Of a stretch of DNA of 44,427 nt, positions 26,447 to 37,694 are shown in pieces (position 1 is the first letter of the stretch; every line of letters starts with the position of its first letter). The notes beneath the pieces were generated by a model. That model was not told where the DNA came from. It did no database searches and saw only the letters and a program-made list of their open reading frames with translations. Made by a program: the position numbers and the translations under genes. Source of the DNA: an uncultured Bacilli bacterium (GTDB lineage: Bacteria; Bacillota_I; Bacilli_A; RF39; UBA660); NCBI GenBank assembly GCA_949425575.1, contig CASPVX010000004.1, positions 1 through 44,427 on the forward strand. The letters are read 5' to 3'.

Positions 26447-29417
26447 TTTTTTAAAAATTTTTAAACACATAAAAGATGATCCATTTAATTTAATTGTTGT
26501 AATTATGAGTTTACTCATTTTAGTATTTGGATCATTATCAATAAATTTTTTTATTATATTATTTATTGTAGTAATTTTTAATCTAATATGGATCATTCCA
26601 TTTATTAAAAATAATAATTTTATAAAAGAAAGAATAGAAAGTAGTGATAACATGGCGAAGGTAAAAAAATTAAAAACAAAAGTTCCAAAAAACACAAATA
26701 TTAAAAATACAAAAAAATCAAAACCTAAAAATAATAGTAAAAAGAAAAAAATCGGAAAAATTGTTTTATTAAGTGCATTAGGATTTTTCTTATTATGTAT
26801 GATAATTGGAATTATTTTTCTAGTTTATATTGTCGTTTCGGCTGATAAATTTGATCCAAATAAACTTTATACTAAAGAAGCCAGTATTTTATATGATACT
26901 GACGGAAAAGAGTTTGCTAAACTAGGGTCTGAGATGAGACAAAAAATTAAATATGATGAGATGAGTGAAGAATTAATAAATGCCATCGTTGCTACCGAAG
27001 ATTCAAGATTCTTCCAACACAACGGATTTGATCTTCCAAGATTCTTAAAAGCTTCTATGGGTCAAGCCTTAGGACAAAGCGCTGGTGGAGCATCAACACT
27101 TACAATGCAAGTTTCGAAAAACTTCTTAACTTCTAAAAAATCAAGTGGTTTTGAAGGTATTAAACGTAAATTTACTGATATTTATATGTCTATTTTCCAA
27201 ATAGAAAAAAATTATTCAAAACAAGAAATCATTGAATTTTATGCTAATGCAAACTATCTAGGAAGTGGTTCTTATGGTGTAGAAGCTGCTTGTCAAACAT
27301 ATTTTGGTAAACACGCTAAAGATTTAAATGTTTCAGAAGCTGCTTTAATTGCTGGTTTATTCCAAGCACCTTATTCATATGATCCAAACATTAATCCAGA
27401 TCAAACTGAAAAAAGAAGATTACTTGTTTTAAAACTTATGAAACGTCATGGTTACATAAATAATAATGAGTATGAAGCAGCCAAAGCATTAACTACTGAA
27501 AAAATAGTTAAATTTGGAAACAATGCTAACTCTGATAATTCTAAGTATCAAGGTTTTATCGATACTGTAGCTAGCGATGTTAAAGAAAAAACAGATTTAG
27601 ATCCATATAGTCATTCAATGAAAATTTATACAACTATGGATAGAAAAAAACAAGACGAAGTAAATGATATTATGAATGGTAAAGCATTCAACTGGGAAAA
27701 CGATAAAGTTGATGCTGGTACTGTTGTTCTAAATGTTAAAACAGGAGATATTGTGGCTGTTGGTAGTGGTAGAGCATCTAAAGGTGCCAAATCATTTAAC
27801 AATGCTACAATGATGAAAAAACAAATTGGTTCTACAGCAAAACCATTATTCGATTATGGTCCTGCTATAGAATATAATGGATGGAATACTGCTCATCCAA
27901 TAATTGATGCACCTCATACATATAGTGATGGTACTGAAATTAATAACTGGGATGGTGGATATAAAGGAACAATTACAATAAGGGATGCCTTAATTGATTC
28001 AAGAAATATTCCAGCACTTAAAACATTCCAAAGTGTTAAAAATTCTAATATTAGAGAGTTTGTTACAAAATTAGGTCTTTCACCTGAAGGTAATGGGACA
28101 CTTCATGAAGCACACTCTATTGGGGGTTATAATGGAGAATCACCTCTTACTGTAGCTGCTGCTTATGGTGCATTTGCTAACGATGGTTATTACCAAGAAC
28201 CTCGTAGCTTTACGAAAATAGTATTTGATAATGGTGATAAAGACTACGAAAATAAACCTGAAAAAGTAAAAGTAATGAGTCCTGAAACAGCATATATGAT
28301 AACTGATATGCTTGTAGATACTGGTAAATCAGCACTAGGAAGATACAACAATATTAATGGTGCAACATTTGCTGCTAAAACAGGAACTACAAACTTTGAT
28401 GAAGCTACAATGAAAGCTAAACGTTTACCAAGCAATGCTGTTAATGATTTATGGGTTGCTGGTTATGACTCTGAATATGCAATTGCAGTTTGGTACGGTT
28501 ATGATAAAATATCTGATGGTCAAAATAGGTTTGGTTCTAGTCAAAACTCAAGATTATTCCAAGCTGTAGCTAAAAACTTCTTTAGTTCTAAATCTAAGTT
28601 TTCAAAACCTAGTGGAATTGTAGAAGTTACAGTTGAAAGAAACTGTGGAAATCCATTACTTCCAAGTGAAAATACTCCAGATAATATGAAAACAACTGAA
28701 TTATTCAAAAAAGGAAGTGAACCTAGTGAAGTTTCTGCTCGTTATAATAAACTAGCAAAACCTACAAATGTAAAAGCAACAGTAAATGGTGATAAAGCTT
28801 CAATTACATGGAATAAGATAGAAACACCTGAAGCATTAAGTGATTCATACTGGTCTCCTATAGTAAATAAAGCCTTTACTTTAGCAAAAGATCAAAAACA
28901 ATACTTAGGCTATATAATGAATTTTAATAAAAGTTCATTGGGTGGTGTAGTTTATAAAATATACGTTAAAACAAATAGTGGTGTTAGATTGTTAGATACA
29001 ACTAGTAATACTTCAGCTACAGTTAATTTACCTGACGTTTCTAATCCAACAATTATAGTAAAAGCTTCATATTCTAAATTTGGTGGATGTGAAAGTGATG
29101 GTGCTGAAGTTAATTTAAGTTATGATGGCGGTAGTATCGATGGTGTAACTGCTGAATTAAATGGTGAAGCTACCATATCAGTTAAATCAGGTACTGCTTA
29201 CCACGACTTTGATCCTCCAGTGAGAGTATATAAAGATGGTGAAGCTGTGAATGCTACTATTACAACAACTGTTTTAGATGCTAACGGAAACCCTGTTTCT
29301 AAAGCAAGTAGTTATATGGTTGATAGTTCAAACCCAAAATATACATTCGAATATAAAATAACTTATAAAGGGAAAACTATTCCAGGAAACTTCACAAGAG
29401 AAGTTATTGCAAGCTAA
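26436..29417 (+). CDS. ponA: Class A PBP1A (PonA) with an N-terminal hydrophobic extension and C-terminal Fn3/Ig-like domains
   Basis: EDSRFFQHNG, GASTLTMQ, STAK, SRN, KTG; recU-ponA operon; ATG 26436 follows GGAGG. Confidence 0.92.
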   Translation: MRNNFLKIFKHIKDDPFNLIVVIMSLLILVFGSLSINFFIILFIVVIFNLIWIIPFIKNNNFIKERIESSDNMAKVKKLKTKVPKNTNIKNTKKSKPKNNSKKKKIGKIVLLSALGFFLLCMIIGIIFLVYIVVSADKFDPNKLYTKEASILYDTDGKEFAKLGSEMRQKIKYDEMSEELINAIVATEDSRFFQHNGFDLPRFLKASMGQALGQSAGGASTLTMQVSKNFLTSKKSSGFEGIKRKFTDIYMSIFQIEKNYSKQEIIEFYANANYLGSGSYGVEAACQTYFGKHAKDLNVSEAALIAGLFQAPYSYDPNINPDQTEKRRLLVLKLMKRHGYINNNEYEAAKALTTEKIVKFGNNANSDNSKYQGFIDTVASDVKEKTDLDPYSHSMKIYTTMDRKKQDEVNDIMNGKAFNWENDKVDAGTVVLNVKTGDIVAVGSGRASKGAKSFNNATMMKKQIGSTAKPLFDYGPAIEYNGWNTAHPIIDAPHTYSDGTEINNWDGGYKGTITIRDALIDSRNIPALKTFQSVKNSNIREFVTKLGLSPEGNGTLHEAHSIGGYNGESPLTVAAAYGAFANDGYYQEPRSFTKIVFDNGDKDYENKPEKVKVMSPETAYMITDMLVDTGKSALGRYNNINGATFAAKTGTTNFDEATMKAKRLPSNAVNDLWVAGYDSEYAIAVWYGYDKISDGQNRFGSSQNSRLFQAVAKNFFSSKSKFSKPSGIVEVTVERNCGNPLLPSENTPDNMKTTELFKKGSEPSEVSARYNKLAKPTNVKATVNGDKASITWNKIETPEALSDSYWSPIVNKAFTLAKDQKQYLGYIMNFNKSSLGGVVYKIYVKTNSGVRLLDTTSNTSATVNLPDVSNPTIIVKASYSKFGGCESDGAEVNLSYDGGSIDGVTAELNGEATISVKSGTAYHDFDPPVRVYKDGEAVNATITTTVLDANGNPVSKASSYMVDSSNPKYTFEYKITYKGKTIPGNFTREVIAS

Positions 29418-29427
29418 AAGAGCAAAA

Positions 29428-30063
29428 TTAATTGCTCTTTTTTTCTTTACATATATCTTTTAATTTACAAGAATCACAAAGTGGTCCTCTTGCCTTACAA
29501 TAGTATCTTCCAAATAAAACTAATTGATGATGTCTTTTACAAAGATCCTCTTTTTTAAATTTTTTGCTTATTTTTTCTTCTATTTCAAATGGTGTATCCT
29601 TTTCCTTAGCAAGGCCTAATCTTTTACTAACTCTTGCCACATGAGTATCTACTGCAATACATGGAACATCAAATATATTACTTAAAACTACATTTGCGGT
29701 TTTTCGCCCAACACCTGGAAGAGATTCTAAGTATTCCCTATCATTAGGTAGTTTTCCACCATAATCCTCTAATAATCTTTTTGATATTTCAATTACATTT
29801 TCACTTTTTTTACGAAAAGTTCCAACAGGTCTAATTATATCTATTATGTCATCTAAATTGGCATTAGCTAAATCCTCTAAAGAGGGATACTTACTAAATA
29901 AAATACTGGTAGACATATTAACCCTTTTGTCGGTTGTTTGAGCACTTAGCATAGTGGCAATCAATAATTCATAGTCTTTAGAGTAATTAAGCTCACACTT
30001 TGGATTAGGTATTAATTCATCAAGATAAGTTTCAATCTTGGTCATTAAGCCAGTCATATTCAA
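29428..30063 (-). CDS. nth: Endonuclease III
   Basis: LSAQTTD, HhH LPGVGRKTA, VDTHV, C-x6-C-x2-C-x5-C Fe-S motif; exact start uncertain. Confidence 0.96.
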   Translation of the reverse strand: MNMTGLMTKIETYLDELIPNPKCELNYSKDYELLIATMLSAQTTDKRVNMSTSILFSKYPSLEDLANANLDDIIDIIRPVGTFRKKSENVIEISKRLLEDYGGKLPNDREYLESLPGVGRKTANVVLSNIFDVPCIAVDTHVARVSKRLGLAKEKDTPFEIEEKISKKFKKEDLCKRHHQLVLFGRYYCKARGPLCDSCKLKDICKEKKSN

Positions 30064-30643
30064 ATAATGCCTCCCTTTTTGTTTCTACCCTTTCACTTTT
30101 ATTCTCTTTTTTACCGTTCTTTTGCCAATCATAAACAATTTTATCAATATATCTTAAGTTGGTTACACCATTATAAATAGCTTCTTTTAAAGCATCTCTT
30201 ATTAATTCCTCTTTAATTCCACCATCTATCCATGCACCAATAATTTCATATTCCATTGGACTTAATGGCCTACCAAACTCTTTTTCAAATTCATCATATA
30301 TTGTACTTAAAGTTTCTTCCTCTTTTTCGTTTATAATAAGTAGGGCAAGTTTATTATAAAGTTCTTCTAAGCAAAAATATTCTTCCCTTATACCATTTCT
30401 AGTAACACTCTCTAATTTTATTAAATCCTTATTAGATAAACTATCAACTAAAGTTAATGCTTCAACTGAAGATATTTGCAAATCATTTGAAATTTGGGCT
30501 GGATCAAAATCATCATTATTAATTAAATATATTAAAATAATTAATTCTTTATCTGTTATATTAAGCTCTTTATAGTGAGTAATTAATAGTTTAGGAACTG
30601 TAAGTGTTCCACTTTTTAATATCTTTATTATTTTTTCTGTCAT
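30032..30643 (-). CDS. dnaD: Primosomal protein DnaD
   Basis: FEKEFGRPLSPMEYE.I..W, ALKEA....LRYIDKI..DW, YDWL; dnaD-nth synteny. Confidence 0.93.
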   Translation of the reverse strand: MTEKIIKILKSGTLTVPKLLITHYKELNITDKELIILIYLINNDDFDPAQISNDLQISSVEALTLVDSLSNKDLIKLESVTRNGIREEYFCLEELYNKLALLIINEKEEETLSTIYDEFEKEFGRPLSPMEYEIIGAWIDGGIKEELIRDALKEAIYNGVTNLRYIDKIVYDWQKNGKKENKSERVETKREALFEYDWLNDQD

Positions 30644-30759
30644 AATGATTCACCTACCTATTTCTTCTGCAAATATTATAACACAAACCTTTCATTTATA
30701 AGTTATTAAAATAGTAATATAATTCAAAAACCTACATTTTTCACAAAATAAAAGCAGAT

Positions 30760-31857
30760 TTAATCTGCTTTATATGTTTTTCTAATATAATTTATAATAT
30801 CTTCTTTTTCATTTTTGACGATTTCCGATAATATTTTATCTTCCAAATCTTTTATTAATTCTTTTAAAAATGCCCCCGGTTCTTTATTAAGAACCTCACA
30901 AATTTCCACTGGTTTTAATTCAATGTCTAATTTATTTTTAATTGGCATTTCATTATACATTTTTGTAATTTCTGTTTTATCTATATCTTGCAGTTCTCCA
31001 ACTAAACTACACACATATAATCCATATTCATATAAAACTTTTCTATTAAGGACTTTTATATCTTTCAACTTCACAATATCATCTATTAAATCCTTTTCAG
31101 ATACTGTAAAATTATATTTATTATTTACTTCCAATAATGCCCAAGTCACTAAAGATGAAGGTGTTATTTTTATACTTTTCAGTTTTGGTATTTCTAATGC
31201 ATCTATTAATTTTAATTCACATAATAGCTTAATCCCTTTTTCTTTATTAGTACTTGCAAAAATACGATCTAATTCTTCTTTTTTTCTATCATAAGAAAGT
31301 TTTTTTAGCAAGTGAGCATATTTCTTTATATAGTTTTTTAAATTACTATCTATTTCAAAGTCTAATATAGTTGCGAATCTAATTGCTCTTAAAATGCGTA
31401 AAGCATCCTCTTTTAAACGTATTTTAGGATCTCCAATCATTCTTATTATTTTATCATTTATGTCCTTATTTGCCCCTAATAAATCTATTTCACGACCGTT
31501 TTTGTCAAGGCATAAGGTATTCATTACAAAATCACGACGATCTAAGTCTTCTTTTAAACTATCAATATATTGTATTTTTGATGGTTTTCTATTCCCTGTA
31601 TATGAAATTTCTTTTCTGAATGTAGTTATTTCAAATCTTGTCTTTTCAAATGTAACAATAATTGTTCCGTACTCGGAATTAACAGCATCTGTATCAGGAA
31701 AAATATTCATTATTTCCATAGGTGTTGCATCAGTACAAATATCTATATCTTTTGTTTTTCTTCCAAGTTTTAAATCTCTTGGAAAACCACCAACTATATA
31801 TGCTTCATAACCATAATCTGAAATTCTTTGAAGTAAATTAAGAGAACTCTCTAACAT
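30760..31857 (-). CDS. cca: CCA tRNA nucleotidyltransferase
   Basis: VGGFPRD, DIDI.T, EITTFR, RRDF..N, EDALRILRA.RF motifs. Confidence 0.9.
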   Translation of the reverse strand: MLESSLNLLQRISDYGYEAYIVGGFPRDLKLGRKTKDIDICTDATPMEIMNIFPDTDAVNSEYGTIIVTFEKTRFEITTFRKEISYTGNRKPSKIQYIDSLKEDLDRRDFVMNTLCLDKNGREIDLLGANKDINDKIIRMIGDPKIRLKEDALRILRAIRFATILDFEIDSNLKNYIKKYAHLLKKLSYDRKKEELDRIFASTNKEKGIKLLCELKLIDALEIPKLKSIKITPSSLVTWALLEVNNKYNFTVSEKDLIDDIVKLKDIKVLNRKVLYEYGLYVCSLVGELQDIDKTEITKMYNEMPIKNKLDIELKPVEICEVLNKEPGAFLKELIKDLEDKILSEIVKNEKEDIINYIRKTYKAD

Positions 31858-31898
31858 ATTACATCACACCCTTTAATTGATTCAAGAAAAAAAGACGC

Positions 31899-32171
31899 TT
31901 AGTTAACTGCGTCTTTTAGTTTAGCACCAGCTTTAATAGAAACAGCAGTTCTTGCAGCGATGTTAACTACTTCACCAGTTCTAGGATTACGTCCTTGTCT
32001 AGCTTCTTTATGTTGAGTAGCAAAAGTACAGAATCCTGTTAAGGCAACTTTACCTTCCTTTTTTAAACCTTCTACGATACCACTCATAGTAGCATCTAAT
32101 GCACGTGTAGCATCTGCTTTAGTTAATCCTGTTTCTTCTGCAATATAAGCTACTAAATCTGTTTTTGTCAT
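31899..32171 (-). CDS. hup: DNA-binding protein HU
   Basis: MTKTDLV..IAE..GLTK, GF.TF, AR.GRNPRTGE motifs. Confidence 0.96.
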   Translation of the reverse strand: MTKTDLVAYIAEETGLTKADATRALDATMSGIVEGLKKEGKVALTGFCTFATQHKEARQGRNPRTGEVVNIAARTAVSIKAGAKLKDAVN

Positions 32172-32347
32172 TATAATACCTCCTCTATTTCGTTAAGCTA
32201 TCATGCTTACATCTTAAGAATACCACCATTTTATTAGAAAAGTCAATATAAACAATAGCTTTTTGACAGTTTTTTAAATGCTTTTATGCTACTTTTATAA
32301 AAACAATAACAAGGAGCTAATTTTAAAGAAAAAAGACCATATGGCCT

Positions 32348-33823
32348 TTATATTACAATGGCAAATAAATTACCAGAACCTTTATTAACTAATTTAGATA
32401 AAGTTTGTTGTAATTTAAATCTAGCATTTTCTGGCATCAATGAAAGTTTAGCTTGAATGCCTTCTTTAACAATAACATCTAAACTTCTACCAAAAATCTC
32501 ACTTTTCCATATATTAGAAGGATCTGTATCATAATCTTTCATTAAGTAATTAATAAGTTCCTTACTTTGAATTTCAGATCCAATAATTGGTTCAAAGGTA
32601 CTTTCAACATCGATTCTAATCATATGAATTGATGGCGCTACAGCTTTTAATTTAACACCATATCTACTTCCTTGTTTTATAATTTCAGGTGTATCTAATG
32701 TCATATCTTCTAATGATGGTGATGCTACGCCATAACCAGTTGTTTTAACCATTTTAAGTGCTGTTTTAACTTGATCATATTCTCTTTTAGCCTCATTATA
32801 ATCTTGAAGTAATGATAATAAATCAGCTCTATTAGTTATATCAACACCTATTATTTCTTTTAACACTCTATTATATAGAGTTTCATCACATCTTAGAGTA
32901 ACTGTAACTTCTCCAGTTCCTGTATCAACATTGGTTAAAGCAGCTTTTTCTATATACTCACAAGTTTCTAAAGATGTTGTTATTTTTTCAATATCTCTTA
33001 ATTTATCGATTTCATGTACACTTTCTTTTATTGTTTCTACATACGATTTTTTTAGCCAATTGTCAGGTGCAAGACATGCAATCCAATCTGGCATTTCTAT
33101 ATTAATACAACTTGCTGGAAATTCATATAATGCCTCCCTTAAAATACTATAAGCATCTCTTTCGCTCATATTTTCAATATTCATTGGTATTACTGGAACA
33201 TTATATGTTTCATTTAAACTTTCAGCAAGTCTTTCTGTTTCTGGTAACATTGGATGAGTTGAATTTAAAATAACAATATGTGGTTTTCCAATTTCAGAAA
33301 GTTCTTTTGCAATTCTTTCTTCTACCTCAATATAATTATTTCTTTCGAATTCACCTATAGAACCATCGCTTGTTATAAGAATTCCAATACTTGAATGGTC
33401 ACGAATTACCTTTTCTGTACCTATTTCAGCAGCTTCTACAAATGGTATTTCTTCTTCATACCATGGAGTTCTTACCATTCTTGGACCATTTTCATCCTCA
33501 TAACCTTTAGCTCCATTTATAACATAACCAACACAGTCAACCAATCTAACATCAGCGCTAAAATCATCTATTTTTATTTTAGCACCATTACTAGGAACGA
33601 ATTTAGGCTCTGTTGTCATAATTGTTTTGCCCTGTGCACTTTGAGGTATTTCATCTAGAGTTCTTTTTCTTTCATATTCATCTTCAATGTTTGGTACTAC
33701 TAGATTTTCTATAAATCTTTTAATGAATGTTGATTTCCCTGTACGAACAGCTCCAACGACACCTAAGTATATATCGCCTCCAGTTCTTTCGGTAATACTC
33801 TTTATTATTTCGTTTTTTTCCAT
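32348..33823 (-). CDS. spoIVA: Stage IV sporulation protein A
   Basis: RTGGDIYLGVVGAVRTGKSTFIKRF, MTTEPKFVP, DCVGY, IWKSEIFG motifs. Confidence 0.98.
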   Translation of the reverse strand: MEKNEIIKSITERTGGDIYLGVVGAVRTGKSTFIKRFIENLVVPNIEDEYERKRTLDEIPQSAQGKTIMTTEPKFVPSNGAKIKIDDFSADVRLVDCVGYVINGAKGYEDENGPRMVRTPWYEEEIPFVEAAEIGTEKVIRDHSSIGILITSDGSIGEFERNNYIEVEERIAKELSEIGKPHIVILNSTHPMLPETERLAESLNETYNVPVIPMNIENMSERDAYSILREALYEFPASCINIEMPDWIACLAPDNWLKKSYVETIKESVHEIDKLRDIEKITTSLETCEYIEKAALTNVDTGTGEVTVTLRCDETLYNRVLKEIIGVDITNRADLLSLLQDYNEAKREYDQVKTALKMVKTTGYGVASPSLEDMTLDTPEIIKQGSRYGVKLKAVAPSIHMIRIDVESTFEPIIGSEIQSKELINYLMKDYDTDPSNIWKSEIFGRSLDVIVKEGIQAKLSLMPENARFKLQQTLSKLVNKGSGNLFAIVI

Positions 33824-33846
33824 CTAATCCCTACTTTCTTTAATTA

Positions 33847-33875
33847 ACTATATGGATTAAATACTTAAAATATGA
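33847..33875 (-). promoter_or_regulatory. sigma-E promoter of spoIVA
   Basis: TCATATT-14nt-CATATAGT. Confidence 0.72.
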
Positions 33876-33877
33876 AA

Positions 33878-33900
33878 AAAATCACTGATTTAGTGATTTT
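33878..33900 (-). terminator. Terminator after the Tam41-like gene
   Basis: AAAATCACT-GATTT-AGTGATTTT inverted repeat with an A/T run. Confidence 0.6.
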
Positions 33901-34933
33901 ATCTTTTTGTTGCTTTATTTATTTTTCTAAGTCCATAGGCAACTGTATTTACTACGCCAGTAGAATGAAGACCTCTTAGTGGCTGCGTTCTACTTTCAAG
34001 TTTATTTCTTTCATCAATATATTCTGAAAAAGCAGCAGCTAATTTAACTCTATCTTCATATGAAGATAGATCAGAATAAACAAGCTTAATACTTCTAACC
34101 ACATTTTTAAATGCTTCTGGTAATAAGAAATACCAATTTCTAGGTATTTTCTTTTTTACATATTCCATAGAAATACCATCTATTTCACAAACTTCTCTTG
34201 TATGCATTATTCTACCATAATACTTATCTAAGTGTTCTTCTTGATTAGCAAGCAATTTTTCTAATTTGTCAGGAGCTTCTGCAATCCCATTTCGCACATC
34301 ATTTTTATAAGAAGATCCATAAACCCTTTCATAATGATTAGAAAGTGGTTCATAAAGTTCAGGCTCTAAAAGAGCTGCTACTAAATCAAATGATCCTCTA
34401 CATACATACAATGCATCATCAAACATTGGTGTACTTTTAGCAATATAACATTTTTTTAATAATCTAAATGGAATATATTGGCTATCAAATGTTATCATAC
34501 TGTTTAGTGTTTCCATATAATCACAAAACCCTATTTTTATATATCTTTTTATTGGTTCTATATATACATAAGTCATATAAATTACATTAGTATGTCTTGT
34601 TAAATCTTCATCTGCTCTAGAGTCGATACCTGCAGCGATTCTTTCTGTATGACATTCAGGAAAAACTTTTAACCCTTCGGTAAATGCTTCTCTAACACTG
34701 TCACATAATATTAAACAATCATATTGATCTTCATCTTTTTTCCATAAAATTTCATTTATAGTAGCAAAAGGAAGGGTAATTCCTTTAAAATGTCTTCTCT
34801 CTAATTTTCTTTCTGTCTTAAGTTTTTCTAACTGTTCACTACTTTTTGAAAATTCTGATCCATATCCTATAAATACTTCAATACCAGGTATTCTTTCCTG
34901 TAAATAGTTATAAATTAATTTTGCCTCAGTCAT
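33899..34933 (-). CDS. Tam41/Mmp37-type phosphatidate cytidylyltransferase (CDP-DAG synthase) homologue
   Basis: ordered Tam41-like motifs: GYGS, YDCLIL.D, VIYM.YV, IKIG, F.S.YI..RL.K, SYKNDVR...AE.PDK, Q.L.G..S.G....V.Y..RK..K. Confidence 0.75.
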   Translation of the reverse strand: MTEAKLIYNYLQERIPGIEVFIGYGSEFSKSSEQLEKLKTERKLERRHFKGITLPFATINEILWKKDEDQYDCLILCDSVREAFTEGLKVFPECHTERIAAGIDSRADEDLTRHTNVIYMTYVYIEPIKRYIKIGFCDYMETLNSMITFDSQYIPFRLLKKCYIAKSTPMFDDALYVCRGSFDLVAALLEPELYEPLSNHYERVYGSSYKNDVRNGIAEAPDKLEKLLANQEEHLDKYYGRIMHTREVCEIDGISMEYVKKKIPRNWYFLLPEAFKNVVRSIKLVYSDLSSYEDRVKLAAAFSEYIDERNKLESRTQPLRGLHSTGVVNTVAYGLRKINKATKR

Positions 34934-34955
34934 AAATTTTCCCCCATAAAAATAT

Positions 34956-34984
34956 ATTATAGTTTTTTATTTTTTAAATGTCAA
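34956..34984 (-). promoter_or_regulatory. Consensus sigma-A promoter of the Tam41-like gene
   Basis: TTGACA-17nt-TATAAT, perfect match. Confidence 0.85.
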
Positions 34985-34986
34985 TT

Positions 34987-35016
34987 AAAAAATCTAGTTA
35001 ATAAATAACTAGATTT
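34987..35016 (-). terminator. atp operon terminator
   Basis: AAATCTAGTTA-5nt-TAACTAGATTT followed by T residues. Confidence 0.7.
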
Positions 35017-35425
35017 AATCTCTTATACTCGCTGTCTTAAGTGCAGCTTTAGTTCTTTCAATAGAAGCAGTTAATTCGGCTTTTCTTTCTAAATCATGCT
35101 TTCCATTTTCAAGTTCTTCTTCTGCTCTTTTTTGTTCTTTAAGAATTAACTCAGTATTTAGTTTATCAGGCCATCCAGCAAAATCAACAATAGCAGATAC
35201 TTTACTTCTTGTTACTTCAATAAAACCTTCACCTATATATGCATGTTTTTTCTTTTTATCTTTTTCAATTTCTAAGGTACAAGGTTTCACTGCTATAAGC
35301 ATTGGTTCATGATTAGCCATTATTCCTATATCTCCTGTGATAGCATGAAAACTAACAAAATCTACAGTATCTTCAAAAAAGATACCTGTAGGAGAAACTA
35401 CTTCGAATTTAAATGTTTTACTCAT
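35015..35425 (-). CDS. atpC: ATP synthase epsilon
   Basis: VVSPTG, GDIGIMANHEP, GFIEV; operon position. Confidence 0.93.
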   Translation of the reverse strand: MSKTFKFEVVSPTGIFFEDTVDFVSFHAITGDIGIMANHEPMLIAVKPCTLEIEKDKKKKHAYIGEGFIEVTRSKVSAIVDFAGWPDKLNTELILKEQKRAEEELENGKHDLERKAELTASIERTKAALKTASIRD

Positions 35426-35436
35426 AAATTCACCTA

Positions 35437-36825
<1,389 letters not shown>

Positions 36826-36843
36826 TTATAATCACCCTTTCTT

Positions 36844-37677
36844 TTAATTTGCATTCATTGCTCCACCAATGATCTCAGAAATTTCTTGAGTTATAGCTTG
36901 TTGTCTAGCTCTATTATAATCTAATGTAAGTTTTTTAGAAACTTTCTCGGCATTACTTGTAGCTGCATCCATAGCGTTCATACGTGCAAAGTGTTCACCA
37001 TATAAAACACCTTTTAAATATTGTCTTGTTAATCTTTCAAATACTACCTCAGGTGATGGTTCAAATTCTAAATTTTGTTTCATTTCCCCATCTTCAAAGT
37101 CTTTTAATTCTAAAGGAAGTAATTTGATAGAATTTGGTACAAAATTCATTGCAGTTTCTAATTCTGTATAAATAAGTTCCAATTCATCAATATCGCCTCG
37201 TTTAAACATTTTTAGTAAATGTTTGGCAATATCTGCAGCAGTTATTGTTGTAACTGAATATCTTTCTATTCCTAAATCCATACTTACATTATAGCCGTGT
37301 TTAATCATATAGTTTCTTACTACATTACCGATTGGAAACACCACAGAATTTTCTTTATCAATGATTTTAACAGCTTCTTTTATAACATTACTATTATAAC
37401 CACCATTAAGACCACTATCTGAAGATATTACAATATAAGCTTTCGTTCTTTTTTTCTTTTGTTTTCTTTGATCAAAGTACACTAATTGTAATTCTGGTGT
37501 ACTTTTCATTATATCTGCCATAACTTCTTGAATATGTTTGAAAAATGGTAAAGTTCTTTCATGCATTTCTCTTGCTTTTTTTAGTTTTGAAGCAGCAATT
37601 AATTTCATTGCTTTGGTAATTTTCTTAGTACCTTCAACACCTCTAATTCTAAGTTTTATTTCCCTAGTATTAGCCAT
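36844..37677 (-). CDS. atpG: ATP synthase gamma (apparent in-frame deletion of about 8 aa)
   Basis: KITKAMKLIAASKL, SD.GL.GGYN, ARM.AMD.AT.NA, NRARQ..ITQEISEI. Confidence 0.96.
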   Translation of the reverse strand: MANTREIKLRIRGVEGTKKITKAMKLIAASKLKKAREMHERTLPFFKHIQEVMADIMKSTPELQLVYFDQRKQKKKRTKAYIVISSDSGLNGGYNSNVIKEAVKIIDKENSVVFPIGNVVRNYMIKHGYNVSMDLGIERYSVTTITAADIAKHLLKMFKRGDIDELELIYTELETAMNFVPNSIKLLPLELKDFEDGEMKQNLEFEPSPEVVFERLTRQYLKGVLYGEHFARMNAMDAATSNAEKVSKKLTLDYNRARQQAITQEISEIIGGAMNAN

Positions 37678-37694
37678 TTACTTCACCACCATTT

